From Podarcis filfolensis (lineage: Eukaryota), in NCBI GenBank assembly GCA_964270895.1, contig OZ185437.1: DNA of 64,000 bases; one strand, given 5' to 3'. A program made the position numbers and the translations under genes. The first letter of the stretch is position 1. The number at the start of each line of letters is the position of its first letter. The notes under the pieces are model-generated. The model saw only the letters and a program-made list of their open reading frames with translations, had not been told where the DNA came from and searched no databases. Shown in pieces: positions 12,706 to 27,493 of the stretch.

Positions 12706-13686
12706 AAACAAAAATAGTCTCCCTTCGTTCAAAAAAGTTCTTGCTGCTCAGGTGTTTGCAGGTACATCTTAATAGCACCACCTGGTTTTCTTCACATCTA
12801 GAAGAAATGGCAGAACTTCATCATACTCCTTCCAGGAGCAATGACAAGATGGACTCCTTTTATTTAATATTTATTTGGCACTGGGCTTAAATTTTACAGT
12901 AAATGAGGAAGACAGGGATTGGTGAATGGTAGGATTGGAATAGGAGAGCATCAGGTAAGAGGAGTGGCTGAGTCAGAGCCAGTCCAACTGCACAAACAAC
13001 TCAGGATCACTTGGGGGAGCAAACCGGAGCCAGTGAAGTAGCATGCAATCTGCAAAGCATGCCCAAGGCCCCTTGCATCACCGAAGCAGGATGTCCAACC
13101 ACCGTAGTCTCAGGGATCACCAGTCTCTAGTCAGTGGTCTAGGGTCTGGGAGTGGTCTACATCTATTGAGCAGGAAAGGCTTCACAGCTTGGAGAGAATA
13201 TTGTCAGGCTTAGTTTTTCATATAGCCAAATAGTAGATGTCACAATAAATTGTGGAATATCCATTTTTAGTAACACCATTAGGGAGCAGAAAATTGCTAA
13301 TCTGGCCTCCTGCACTTTGCAAACCACCAAACTGGCCACCTCTGTTCTAAATAGAGATCTGGGGGGCAGAAGTAGACTCCTCAAGTGGTCAGGTTCTTCA
13401 ATAAAGTTATTCTAAAGTAACAGTAAGGACTTTTTACAACTCTGGGTCGTGGACACAGGGCATTCATGCAAACCCTGGAGAGCAACAGTGTGAAGTGCAT
13501 ATCTCACATCATTTTTGAAAACAAATTTATTTTCCTTACAACTGTAAGGAAAATCTTTACCACGTTTTCATTACAGCTTGGCAGAGCCTTTGGGTGCAGC
13601 AAGAGCTCACTAACAAAACTGTTCCATGAGCTGCATCTGCCCCTAAAACCTTCCACTGGTCAACGCTTTTCACAGAGCATACTAGG

Positions 13687-13903
13687 AAGAAAGACTCCAG
13701 CTAAACATCAGGCAGAGTTTTCTGACAGTAAGAGGTGTTTGACAGTGGGGTGGACACCCTCAGGAGGTGGTGGACTCTCCTTCCTTGGAGGTTTTTATAC
13801 AGAGGCTGGGTGGCCATCTCATATATGCTTTAGTTAAGATTCCTGCATTGCAGAGGAGTGGACTTGGGGTCCCCCTTCCAGCTCTACAATTCTATGATTC
13901 TAT
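13687..13903 (+). mobile_element. CR1 LINE 3' end
   Basis: ORF2 C-terminal remnant (gactctccttccttggaggtttt) followed by ccttccagctctacaattctatgattctat, the typical CR1 terminus. Confidence 0.85.
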
Positions 13904-15032
13904 ATCCGTCTCCCGACAGAAGAGGAATTTAGACCATAAGCCTATACATGTGCAGACAGAAGTCAACACTTTGGGACTTCAGACAGTGTTTCCTCTTGGG
14001 TAAATGGGTATAGAACTGCAGCTTCAAATATAGTTGGTAAGAGAGGCTCTCCTGAGCAGAAATAAATAAAGATCCTCTCTACCTCTGGAAAGCAACGCTT
14101 TTTAAAAATGTAGTTGCCAGAAGCAAATGCACCAAAAAGGCCGAAAGGCCTCACTTTGGCCACATATCTCTTTGAGGAAATATTTATAGACAATGCTTGA
14201 AAGTTTAGTACAAGATTTTTCAACACGAGTGGTGCAATGTAAATTGAGGCTTCATTGTCAACAATGTGAAGTTCAGGTTGGTTAAAAAAAAAAAAGGTCT
14301 GTGCCGTTTTGTTAATAGTATTTGAGTGCTTTCGCGTGGCAAGGCTCGCATAACTCATTCTTTGCTGTTGGGACTTGCATGTCTGCAGTCTAAGTCTGTG
14401 TTTCTCATTGACCTTTTATTCGTTAAACACTGGATGCTGGCCTTTGTACTTTACTCGCTGCACAAATGGCAAATAATAATAAAAGAACTTATAATACTGA
14501 AGCATTGCAGAGCAGTTTACATTCCTTCTGCCTGCGGTGGCTAGTGTAGTCTTCTACTTTTGGCATTAGGCATGCTTCCTTGAGTCTCATTCGCCGGTTA
14601 CCTTTTGTGGCCAGGGAGTTGCTGCAGTGTGGCTCCTTCCTCTGCCACAAAGTTAATGTCAGAGGCCCGAGGCCTTATGGGAGGTGGTCCCAGCTGCAGC
14701 AGTTTCCTACACCAGTGTCACCCCAGTTTCCAAGAGGGTGATGCTGACATGGGTCAAACCACATGAATTTCTCACGTGTGTTCTGGGGATTTTGATGCTA
14801 CCTTTGTAATATGAAAACTTGTTAGATGGTCACATGCTGAACCTGAACTCAAAGCACCAGATCGACATCATAGTGATGATGTGTTCCAAACATGCAGTGT
14901 GTTTACAGTGGCAATCGACTGGTAAAACCCACACAGTAAAATCTCAACCTCGTACCAACACAACACCCAACATAATAAATTTACCTTTTTTCAAAAGCTA
15001 GTGAGAAATATTTATGGTTAAGGCACCTCTCT

Positions 15033-15269
15033 GAGAGCCAGTGTGGTGTAGTGGTTCAGAGCGGTGGACTTGTAATCTGGTGAACCAGGTTCGATTCCCC
15101 GCTCCTCCACATGCAGCTGCTGGGTGACCTTGGGCTAGTCACACTTCTTTGAAGTCTCTCAGCCCCACTCACCTCACAGAGTGTTTGTTGTGGGGGAGGA
15201 AGGGAAAGGAGATTGTTAGCCGCTTTGAGACTCCTTCGGGTAGTGATAAAGCGGGATATCTCTTCTTCT
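15033..15269 (+). mobile_element. tRNA-derived SINE (Squam3-like), near full length
   Basis: gagagccagtgtggtgtagtgg (A box)...ggttcgattccc (B box)...gccgctttgagactccttcgggtagtg...(TCT)n tail; a homologous copy lies at 62463-62708. Confidence 0.85.
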
Positions 15270-18200
15270 GTAATATGCTGTGCTAATATGTAGGATGAAT
15301 AGTATGCATTTTCCTATTGGTAGAATGAAACCATAGAGCTGGAAGTTCCTTTAAGGCCACCTACACAAACTCCCGGCACCGAAATCAAAGCTGATATATC
15401 TAAAGATTTGCATCTAAATCTAGATCAGCTCACAGCATCCTCCAGGTTATATATAAATCTTGTTACAGGCAGAAAGCATATGCAGACAAGCATCTCTAAG
15501 GCTTGGTAGAAGAAAAAATATTCGCCGCATGCATAACGCCTTAAAATCCACATAAGAGAAGTGAATCAGCTAGCCCTAAATGTGCTTTGCAAGTGTCAAT
15601 TTATCCTGTAATTCCAGTTTTATCAATTTATGGCTACCCAGAAAGCCTTTCGCACTATATATCTCCATATCATCAGCTACCTTGTTGTCAAGTAGTTCCT
15701 CAGTTACATGCTGCCCATTTATCTTCCCTTCACAATAATTCATTGCTCATCTTTCTTAGCGCAACACTGATTTCTTGGGCTGTGTCATGTTGATGTGTCA
15801 TCCTAGTGAGAAACCACCATCCTAGATAAGAGTTGCAGTGATGACATTGTTTCAAGCAGATGCCAGAGCTTTGTGGAACACTCTTGGCAGCAGAGATCAT
15901 GACTGCTGAAGATCAGCAATGCAGCCGCCTTGGTGAGTTTCCACTCAAATTTATTTAGTGTTTAACTGCTGCTAAACTGTTCTTAAAGCAAGCATTTGTC
16001 TTCAGTTCAGAGCATCTGAGATGACAGGAAGATCGGAAACCTTCTCAGTTGTGGTGTGTTTTAAATACGACAGTCGTGCCCTCGGGTGCTTTCTGTCTGT
16101 GCTTCCCACAGCCGTCCTTTAATGACTTAAAGATCTTGCTGCCACGCATGCAGTACCCTTCCCATGTGTTTGAACTAGAGGCATCAGAGGAACCCATGGG
16201 AAAGCACCTCCTTCAAAACTAGCTTAACATTTCAAGGGCGTCTTGACTGTGGCACAAAGTTAAAACTAGAGGTGTAAGAAGACAGCACGTTTTGTTCTGT
16301 ATTTATCTCATGCAGCCCTGTTTCTGTTCCACTGCAATTCAAATTCTGCCCAAAACTGCTTTTTGTGTCTCTGTCCTCTGTGGCAAAATTATATAACGTC
16401 CATAATTTATGTAATTGATTACATAAATTGTGTAAGTTATGTTGTCGTTACATTATTCTGCCCCATTCATTTCACTGCAAAGGAAATGCAATGCAAATAG
16501 AGGATGGGGAGAAAAGTAATCAGTTACATATCATTTGTGGACTGAAAGCTACAGCAACAAAAAACACCAATAGTATTTGCTGGGTTGATATCTGTTCTGG
16601 ACATGGGACAAATAAGCGAACATCAGCAATTTCCATCCCTACTTCTGTTTTTAGTTGAATTCTCTGACATCTTCAGTTGAAACAGCTTGTTTCCATTGGA
16701 GAAATATGGTTTTGAGGTTCATTTTCCTTCCTTGAAATGAGAAGTGGCAGAGTGGATAGAATATGTTAGCAAAGTCTCTTAAATAACACAGACAGGAAAA
16801 GGGTCCTGATAACACTTTACTGAGGAAACTGAACAAAAACATGTATAATTTGAGGAGAAAGAAAAGGAGAGGTCTTGTCCTCTTTCAGGGAATGCCCTCC
16901 CTAGCAGGGAGACATTCAGCCAAATGTACAGAGGAAAAAACCTCTCAGAGCTACACAGCCAATCAGGGCACACACACCCTGCTTGCTAGCAGCACCTACA
17001 TCTGCTCTTGGCTAGCTGATTTTAACAGTTAACACTTAAGTTCCACATGGACTGTTGCACTTCCAACAGGGAATCGCAAAGCGTAAATGCTGCCACACTA
17101 ACAAATCAACTCCTCACAGATGTGGAACAAACACTATATGGCACCTATAGAAATACAAGTTCCGCAGAAAGAAGCTGTCAAGCACAGAGGGAACGAGGCA
17201 ATCCTTCAAGTAAGCTGGTATCTAGTTGTGAGGAAAAGGTAGGGTATAAATGTTTAACAGAGCAATCCAAAGTGGGTTGGAGGAGGTAGAACTGATTTAA
17301 AAAAAATACATGTTGCCCCCTACATGAATACTTATTTATTTAAAGTTGCAATCCTAAGTTCCCTGCAAGGCAGTAGAGAAAGCTTTGCCTGCAGAGGGAG
17401 TGATCCAGCCTTACAAACCCTCATCATGAGGGTCTGGAAGGATCTTTAACCAGTGATCCTCTGAAGTGGAAGTTCCAGTTTCAGGTAGAAAAGGAGGCTT
17501 GCTGGAGGGTGATGGGGGACAGATCCAATGGGAACAAAACTTTAAAAAATCTCTGAGAACAGAGTGAACTCCCCAGGCCTCCTGCCAGCTTTTTTTGCTG
17601 TAGGACTACAAATCCAGCAGGACATAGGAAAATACAGTCCCCCCACCCACACTTTGAATTGCTTAGTTAAGCATTCATAACCTGCCGTTCATTATAAAAA
17701 AGCTCACTGCTAAAACAAGTAAAAACAACATCGGCAATCGGCAAGATTAAAGGTGGTGAATGAACAGATGAACACTTCAAGGTTCGCGTTGTGCTTGTAA
17801 ACTATTTTAAAAGGCAGGTGGTATGCCTGGTGCATTGCAGGGCGGTGGGGGTGGGGGTGGGGCAGAGAAGCCGACAGCTATGCCAGTGTTTGATTAGTTG
17901 GTTTGTACATCTCCCATTTCAGCTGTGGCTAAGGAACAGGCTGCAAGCTCTCTTTTTAATATTGCAATCTTTGTCTCCCTCTTTCATGAGGACTGTATTT
18001 ATTCCACAGAGCTATTACACCAGTCAGGAGGGTCTGGAACAGCAGAAAGTGCACAACACCAAAGGCCAATTTAACACCACACAAACATATCCCTGCAGAC
18101 TTGCTGTGCCAAGTTGATTTGAATGTCAGTCTGCAGCCGCTCCCTGCAGAAGAAGGAGGGGACTTTAATCACACTTAGAATTCATTCAATCATTCCTGCA

Positions 18201-18770
18201 CAATATTGATCTGACGGTGTGAACAACAGCTTTGATAGTCAAAGCATGCTAGGTTAAAGTCCTGAATGTGCAACTTGAGTGCCTTCACAGGGCTGGATAA
18301 AGTATTTCTTTTTTGCATCCTACACGGTTTTTAATTCACCTGTAACTTTTCTGTGAACATTTGTCCCCTGCCATTGCTTGTTATTGATTCACATGTTAGG
18401 GAAAGAATGAAAAGGCCTTGTTCATATTTAGTGGGGAGGCCGTTGCAGCTGAATTGGCTGGCCACGTCTTGCTCAAATGCATGCTGTTTCAGCAGTCCTG
18501 AGACATTTTTAGCAGTATAACCCAAAGCTTCTATGTCTCTGGTCAACATCACCCACCTTCACTTTGGCCAGTCACACAGAGCCCTTCTTAGTCTCCTCCT
18601 TTCATTAGGATTGTTTGGGAAACGGTTTCCATTGGAGCCAGATCGCTGAGGCTCACTGGCATTTCACAATCCGAGTGTTTATCTTTATAAATACACAGGT
18701 TGAACACAGGTGGAGGTACAGCATGAAACACTGCATTAGACCCCACACTTAAGTTCACTGCTGCCATATC

Positions 18771-18900
18771 CAGGGCTTTTTTTCAGCTGGGGAAAAAAAA
18801 GTTCTGGTGCCTCTCAGGTGGTCGCCATTGCCATTATAAGAGAACAAGGGAGGTGTTCATAGTGAGTTCCGGCACCTCTTTTTCCAGAAAAATAGCACTG
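18771..18900. mobile_element. hAT MITE, 130 bp
   Basis: TIRs cagggctttttt / aaaatagcactg; 8-bp TSD gccatatc / cccatatc. Confidence 0.8.
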
Positions 18901-19216
18901 CCCATATCAGATCTTTTAGGGCAGTGTTGGATTATCCATGATCCACAGACTGTATCCGCCCCCCGGCTGCACATCTTTTAAGAACAAAAACCCTGACATA
19001 CCCTCCTTCATACATATTGGTTCTATTCACATCTATCAGAAAAAGCTTAACTGCCCATGAGTGACATGCATTGCTGCCATTCTGCTCGCTGAATAGCTTT
19101 TAATCCAGCAGAGGTGTTCTCTAACATGAAAGAAGGGGAGGCAATTTTCTCCAGTTCTTCACACCAAATTCCACATTAGGGAGCATTAGGAACAGAATTG
19201 AAAATAAAACTACCAA

Positions 19217-19350
19217 GATCATAATGCTACCACACCAATCTATGGTGCAATTGCATTTGGAATCCATTGCACAGTCCTGGTTGTCTCACTTAAAATAAAG
19301 AGAAAAGAATATCACAGAGCTAGAAAAGGCTTAGAAAAGGACAGCAAAAC
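19217..19350 (+). mobile_element. Degenerate CR1 ORF2 fragment
   Basis: Decayed match to the CR1 RT motif LY.[28 protein letters not shown]; boundaries approximate. Confidence 0.6.
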
Positions 19351-22300
19351 TAGAGATTTGGGAGATGAGATTTAATGTGCTTTTTGTTATTTTGATAAAT
19401 TTATCCATGTCACACAATGCAGTGCACTAGCTAATGATTATCAGACATCTTGAGAAATTCCAAAATCTGCATCCTACACAGTTCCCTCATTTTGCCTGCC
19501 CAAATGCCCCATCACTACACATAAATCCAATTTCTTTCACATCCTCTACCTGCTTCTTGCCACTCAAAGGTCTACCTGCCTCCAGGACTTTCAAATAACA
19601 TTGGCCCATACCTAGCTGCTCCACTTAGATGGGGAAAGGTGGTGTCCTTCAAGTGTCATTCACACAAGGATTCATCTAGTGACAGAGACACTGTGTGGGC
19701 ACTAAATCAACCAATCCATTTGCAACTGTGATGTCCTCAAAGTACTACTGTCATTCTGTTTCATTTTCAGTCCTTAGAAACCTGCCAGCTTTCCAAAATG
19801 TACACATATTTAACCTTAGCTTGAATGTTAACATACACGAAACTTCATGAAACTGAATGATTGCTATTCAAGCAGTGGAGAATGTGTGTCTCCCCCTTTA
19901 GCAATTTTACTTGTACTGTTCCGTTCCAAGGACTGTGCTTAAAAATAATATAAAGTGGATTTTCAGTTTATACATTTGCATAGCGTGGGATTACTGTCAG
20001 GAATTTATAGCTAGAGATCTGGAGGTGGCATGAACCACTGCCAACACTTCAGTGGGATGGAGATGAACCCAGCTGAACAAAGGAAGGTCTCTTTATTTAT
20101 GAGATAATAGAGTATTACAAAAGTATGAGAATGTGCAAATTGCTTAAATGACTTCCTCTTGCATGTGGAAATTCTGATGTTTGCAGTGTGCAAATCTGCA
20201 AGTTTTAAGTGTGTGGTATGCATTTTCAGCTGCATGGTCTCCCATTATGGGTTTTGGAAGGAAAATGTTGCTATGGTAATTGCTCCTTTTTGCTGAATAT
20301 TTAATTAAATGAAAAAGCAGGACATGCTCTGTAAAATATATACATGATATAATCTAACTAAATTTGGTCATGGCTACAGCTGCCGTCCTTTCCGCAAACA
20401 CCTGGGAATAAGCCCCATGGAACTTGGGCCCTAGGCCAGTCTTAAGAAGAAAAACAGCTTTGCAAGAGGGGAATTTAAAGCAGAGAAGTGGCACAAAAAT
20501 AGATGCTTAACCCCCACCCTCAGTTTCTGCATTCCAGATAGCCCCCTGGGGAGGGGTAGGTGAATCTGTTGCTTTTGGTTTCTATCAGTTTCTCATTTAT
20601 TCAGTCTTAAGTTGGGTTCTCCCCATTTCCACATACATTGTGGGGTGGTTGTTTTTTTAAACATGTATGCATGGAAATTAATATGCATTTTGTGTCCATT
20701 TGTCTAAATCTATGTATTTGTGTACCCAGTTTTTACAGACAAGTAGAAACTTGCTTCAGTCAGCCTTTGGGGAATGAACCGTTGTGCTGACCCTGTTTTT
20801 ATTAGGATTGCTGCACTGTTGTTTTTGGTTTATGCTATCATTTTTAGAGCTTTTTGTTGTTGCCTTAAATGTTTTAAACCACTATAGAAATTTGGGTGAA
20901 AAGCAAATAAAACAAATAAAAAGAGAAGTGGCAGACCATTTGGATGGAAGCTTGGACCGCACCTCCCAGCCCCTCCTAAAAGTCACCAAACAGTACTGTG
21001 GGTTTATTACGCTGTGGGGGGGGGATCTTTTATCATTCAGCATTAGCAGTGTTCATGTTGCCTTTTAAAAATCAGAAAGTGCTGAACACAAGGAAGGCTT
21101 CCATCTCTCTTTACAACAATGCCCCTCCATTTCCTAAATCTTTCATTTTTGTTCTGACACTCTCTCTAGTGCTGGAGCACACACCTTTGAATGTTTTGGG
21201 GCGTTTCTCATCCCTCCCTCCCCAAAGATGGTTGACACAAGAGCAGCTCTCCCCCTTCAGCAAGACTTAGGAATCCCCACCCCATAGGAGTTGTCACCCC
21301 CCTGGTGCTGGACATGGGCTAATAGATATTTTGTGCTACAGGAATGGGGAAGCATTATCATCTGGAAAGCTCTTAATAGGGATATAAAGGTTTAAATGTT
21401 TCATTTCCCACGATGCTTCTGACTGATAGCTTAAAATATTCAAATACTAGCCTGACAGAATAATATGAATAACCAAAAAGCCTGAGCAGTTGTCGTGGAA
21501 ACCAGGGAGAAATTGTTTTAAGGGGAAGAACTTGAGGGTAGTTAAAGCTAACAGTTGAACTGCAAAGGGGGGGAAAGCCCTACATTGTGAAGGAAGTTAA
21601 GGCAAGGTCTGTTCGGCTACTGAATTAGGAGAAGAAATTCCTAAGCCTTGGGGATATGGATTTCAAGGAGCAGGTGGTGAAAGGATTGCAGGTGGCCAGA
21701 GAAATAACTGAGAAACTGTCTAGCAAGTTGTTTCACCCTATGATATGTGGTTATCCAGGATCAGTCCTCATCATCTTTACTTTCTCTGAGGTAATAGCAG
21801 CAGCCTGAAGCTCTTTTAAGCATCGCCCCATTTACAGAATAACTGCCATTACCTTTAAAATGGAAGACATTTTTATGAGTTACTGGTTCCAGGGCATGTG
21901 GTCTGGCACACAGAGCACATACTTCACACACAAAACAACGACATTAACATCCAGAATCTGGCTTAAACTGACCCAAAAATTAAATAAACGAAAGAAGCCT
22001 ACGAAACTCAGAAGTTCAGCTGCAAAATGTGTCCTTGGTTCACCCTCTGCATACCTCACTATTGAAACTCTTTGGTTTTGGGAAACTCTCTGACTCCTTG
22101 ATTAGCTCTGGGCTGGCTGAGTTCCATTTGACACAGGACTTATAGGGAGGATAAAGAGACGGTGGCTCTTTGCCACTTTCGTATTGTCTAGATTTCCATG
22201 GTTACTACATATTGGCCCAACCCTTGAGAAGGCTGCTTTAAATCACAGGACCTAAAACTAAATAGAAAAAGAAAGAAAAAACCCTTAAAGGACTGGAACG

Positions 22301-22760
22301 GGGGAGGGAGCCTTCTAGAAAGATTACAAAATATTGCAAGATCAGAGAACCATCAGCTGCAGCCACCTCTGCATAGGCATACAGTTGACTTCAAAATGAT
22401 TTCATTCACTCTGGGAACAGCAAGGAGAATGAACAGTGAGGTAGGAGAGCTGGGGGGAAAAAACACATATGGCAACGAATGCACCCCATTTCAGATAGTG
22501 CATGGGTAGATGAATCTGAAAGGCCCTGGACCCAAATTTTCACAGCCCTCTTGCTTGTATGGTGGCTCATTTACCAGAAGTGTGTACTCGATTCTGATCA
22601 AAATAAGCCTCCTGGGGGAGGGGGGGTGTGACCCTGGCTAGCATGAATGCTGGAAGTTGTACCCTGTGCTTGCCTTAGAGCAGGTGTTCTTAACCTGTGA
22701 GCCATGGACATGCTTTGCCTCGCAGTGTTCAACCATGGACACTGTGCAGAGCCTATCACT

Positions 22761-22780
22761 GTGTGTGTGTGTGTGTGTGT
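22761..22780. repeat. (GT)n microsatellite
   Basis: About 10 units seen directly. Confidence 0.9.
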
Positions 22781-25700
22781 CTGCATATCTGGCTTGAAGC
22801 CACGTTTCTGTGTAATTCTAACTATGGATACTCATTTCTGGCTGTTATCTGAAGTCAACTTGGATGGCTTTATACTAGAGTGTTGACTTTTATTATGAGG
22901 TAAGCCCATGAGATAAACCAGTAAGTGTTTTCAGCTGTCGAGCTAATATGAAAATACCTTTGCTGATCTCAATGAAGAACAAACACATCAACTATTATGA
23001 GGTAAATGTGTACAAAGCTTTAGCTGTCTAGGTAATGCGAAAATATCAAAACCATTTGAGGGCATTCTTTCTTCCATTTATTTGTATGAATGTTACCTTT
23101 TCAAAATTTTCTAGTAATGGGCCTATGTAGATACTAAATTTCCAGTTTTAAGCTCATGGAAAGTACATTAACTTTTTTACCTTTCTGAACAGTTCAGTCA
23201 GTTATGCCCAGAGACTGGAAAGTTCATTTTTTAAAATAACTACATAATTCTAGTTCAAGGTATCAAAGAAGGAACTAATTCTAGTTCATATTCACCCCTT
23301 TACAAAATGAACATGTTTAGTTCACAGTTCATCCAAAAAATCATTTGCATTCCCCCCCCCCCCCCAGCATTCAGAATGTTACAAGCTGCTGTGTTGAAGT
23401 TTAAAATATTCTTTAAAAGCCCGAGGAAACATCAAAACATACACACAGTGGAATGTGAACTGTTTACTTAAGTTCCCCCAACAATTATAATTTTTAAAGG
23501 CCAAAAGAGTCTAAAGAGTAAACAACACATGTACAGTAAGTGAATGAATTTGAAGATGAACTAAAAATCAATCAACGTTCTACCCCAGAATGAACTTAAT
23601 TCATATATAGTTCACCTGGAAATTATGGAAACTACTTTCAGGTGTAGTTCAGAGATTTTTGAACTAACTCAGTGTACTTTGCTAAACGGAACTACAATAG
23701 CTGGTTCCAAACTTAGATGGATATGGTAAAATGTGAACTTCAAAAGCTGTTGTTTTTTTTAAAGGCATTGTTTCATTAGTATATTAGGATCAAAATCAGC
23801 TGGTGTTAATTAAAGCACACAACCAGCTGTGGTAAGCTCTGCATATTAAATAAAGTGGAGAAGCGCATGGCAGAGCAATGTTGATGGTGACTGTTGAAGG
23901 CATTTACAAAAAGAATATGCCTCCTGGGACATTAAGCCTCAATAGACTGTCTCATTTTCTGGGGAATACAGAGCTCTCCTTAGGCAAGGAGATATTTCCC
24001 GAGTGTCTGCCCTCATTATACAAATAGCAAGGGAAATGCAAAGGGGAACAATCCAAATAAGTGTTTTATTAAAAGGCAAAGACAAAAGCAGAAGACCAGA
24101 GGCAAGAGGAGCAGCTGCATGAGCTGTGTTGTCCCTGAGTAGGAGGGAGATGTTTGTCAAAACACTGCCCACGGGACCATTAGAAGATGGTGTTTATGAC
24201 TTACTCTTGAACACAAGCTGTCTAAGACACAACCAAAGGCAGAACCAGCACGGGGAGATCTCAAACCAGCTCCAGATGGGCTCCCTGTGCTCCATATTTG
24301 GACAGGGGCAAATGAGGACACGGATATAAATATATCGGGACAGTCCCTATTCTCTGGTACCTGCGCCTGAAAAATAGTTGTCCCTATTTTGTGTTATCTA
24401 GAGGCCCGGGAATGCCTCTGTCATTATTACATACAAGAGGAATGGATTATACTGCAATATTGGACCTGTTTTGCCTTGAAAAGGGAAAGCTGTCTTTCTG
24501 GACCATCTTTGGGAAACAAGTATTTGAAATTTAAATTTTATTGTATTTTATTATTTTCACTTGCCTTCATAACTGGAACCAAACCGGATCCTATAACTTC
24601 TCAATCAAGCAAAGTAGTCTATTCTAATACCTAAAATTGAAAGGAAGTTCAGCATTTAGTGGAATGATGCTTACTTGCCTAGGAGTTTTCTGTGAGCACT
24701 TGGAAATCCTTGATGCCCAGCCAGCACTGCTACAATTGTTCTGGAAAGAGGATGAGTCTTTTCCCAATGTTGCATTGTCAGGATGGAAAGATCTTCGAGG
24801 AACCTATAGCTCTTAAAGACTTGCTGTCTCTTTCCATAAAACATTAGCGTTGGCACACCTACCTTGTTCTGCCTTCTACAATTTCATCTGATTTCCTCAA
24901 TTTCACACATGCACACTTCTGTAACTGATATTCTCTCCCCATCTGACCCCCAGAAGTTAGAATGGTATAGGGATTTTGCTTATGATCGTTATTGAACAAC
25001 CTTGGATATCAGAACCATGTCTGCTCTATTGATTGTGGCTGATCTAAAATACCCCACCCCACCCCCACACTCCAAGCCTGCATACCAGTCTGCCCTACAG
25101 ACATTTATTGGTTTTGTACTGGCTTAATAGCATTGCATTCTATAAAAATAATTCCGGTGAATGCTTGATGAGGACCATGAAAATTCTTTCCTAACCCTCC
25201 TCTCAAAATTAGGGTTCCCTGATTTACTGTTAAGCCAAGTTGACTCCATCATATAAACACACTTTTGGGGGATGTGAATATCTCTGGAGGACATGAGACC
25301 ATTTTGAAGCAAGTTCTGTCCGTCCATTTGAAATGGAGTTCACAAGTCCAAGTGCCAACTTAAGAGAAAACCACTAATGCCCAACACTATCCGGACCATG
25401 GTATACCACACAAGCAGAAAGTAAACATAACCCAGAATGGTTCCTGCTAAGCAGATATCTCTGACTCAAACAAGGGAACCAAGCTACATGCCATAGGGAT
25501 CAGAATTAATAAGATAAAACAGAAATTAAAATATGATATAGACATAAATACTACAACACAGGTACTAGCCCTATGCAGGTACTCTCCCTGTGTGAGAGAA
25601 TATATTGTCTAGTTTGTTCTGTCCTGAAATATGAGGCTGAAAACAGTTCAGTATGCTCTTCAAATAGCAGCCACTGGTTTATCAGTTCAGACATCATGCA

Positions 25701-27493
25701 CACCAACTAATTACTCAACACTCAATTTGTATCTCAACATGTGAACTACCTCAGTGTAGGAAATACTATTTTTCTGCTGTGATATGAAACCTCAATCAGT
25801 GTTGGTTAATTTGTGATGGCTCTTTCACAAATGCAAGTCATTCCAGTCATGAAGTGATGACTATGTCACATGAATAGGACCACAGTTGGCAGATGTGCTT
25901 AGCAAGGGGTGTAGCTAAGGAGGGAAAATGCCAGAAAAGACAAACAGGATGCAACATGGTTAGATCCACTAAAACTCAGTCCTGTGGCTCTTCCATTTCA
26001 CGCAGGGGAAAATGTAAGTTTATTGGAAATTTATTGGTTTGGAGGAAATGAAGCAGGCTGTTCTTCATGCTGGGTGGGTCCAGTTTTTATAATATGTTTA
26101 TTGCTTATGGTCCATTCTTATGGCCAATGAAGGAATCACTTCTCCATCACTCCCAGTACAGGACATTAATCTGTGCAGTCTGCCGGAGAGTGCAGTGACT
26201 GCATTTGTTTTGCTTGGTAGTGAAAATTCTGAAAGGGAGACGGAGGTGACTTTTATTGGATTAGGCAACTAGTGATTGGCTCAGTTTGTTATGATCTGTC
26301 TTTATCTCATTCTTCAGACTAATGGGTTCTGTCAGATACAAAACAATTCGGATAGGAAATTAGCATAAACACTGTTTATTCTCCTCCAATACAGCATGTT
26401 CTTTCTGCTGTTTGACACAGATGCTAGCCAAATTTGGCGCTTATGGAGAATGAGGCAGGTCCTCCTTTCCAACTGTTGTATTCTAGAAATTCCCCATTGA
26501 AAGCAAGTTATTTTTAAAAGCCAGCCAACTTCTCTCCCTCTTTCTCCTAGCTGCACTGGAGGATGACTCTGCTTTGAGAAAGGGGATTGGTCTCAGGCTT
26601 GAATTTTCATGGGCTCTCTGCATGTCAGTCTCATCTCCTAAAACACATTTTTAGCACATGTGCTGAAAAAGAAAACCTAGAGATCCCACCCACCCCTGCC
26701 GACAACAAGGCTTTGACTAAAAAATATTTGGTTCTGCTTCTTTTCACTGCCAGCTTTTGCAAAGCAAGCTTCCTCCAGAGTGCAGATAACCCCCAATTAA
26801 TCAAGCCAAAGGCTACAGAAGGAGCCATCCCTCCGCCACCCAGTGTGACCTGGAGAAAATTGCTTTCTGACCCCAAGTTCATCTGAACTTGAGCATGAGT
26901 AAAATTGTGCCACCAGACCTTCCCAGCAGAAATTATGCTGGGGTGCAAGTGCACTATTATAACTCTGATGCAATGAGAGCAACTCCCCACACCTTCCTGT
27001 ACCATGCTGCTAACCCTGAACCAACAACAGTCGTATGGTAATTGTACAAATGTAATAGAGAATGGAATGGAGCCTTGCTCCCACTGAGAGGGAGAAGAAT
27101 CTATTCAATTTTTCTAACTACAGCTATTCCACACTGATGGAGCTTTAAAGAAGGCTCAAAGTATGCTTTCCTTAGGAGTGAAGTGTTCTAGAAGGGATTT
27201 CTTGGCAGCCAATCTAGTCCTTTTAGCATCCCATTAACTTGCATGTGATTTGGGAAAGATCTGCTACTGGAAATTAGAAAAGCTGTAGAAAGAGATCCGG
27301 AAGTGTCAAGTGGGGACTTTATTCTCCCTTCCTTTTTACTCTCACCTCCTCCCTCCTCTCTTGAATCAGCTGACTTCAGCTCCGCCTCTTAAGCCAGCCA
27401 CTGGCCAATCCACACTGTTGTCCTCAACTGGCCAATCCACATTTGCCTTGCGTGACTCACACCTCTCCACCCTTGCCGTGAGGGGAAGCCAAT

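Noticed and set aside
15780-15935. Exon-like segment ending GCCTTG|gtgagt downstream of AIG1
   Set aside because: No convincing acceptor or recognisable protein; it could be non-coding but cannot be supported from sequence.
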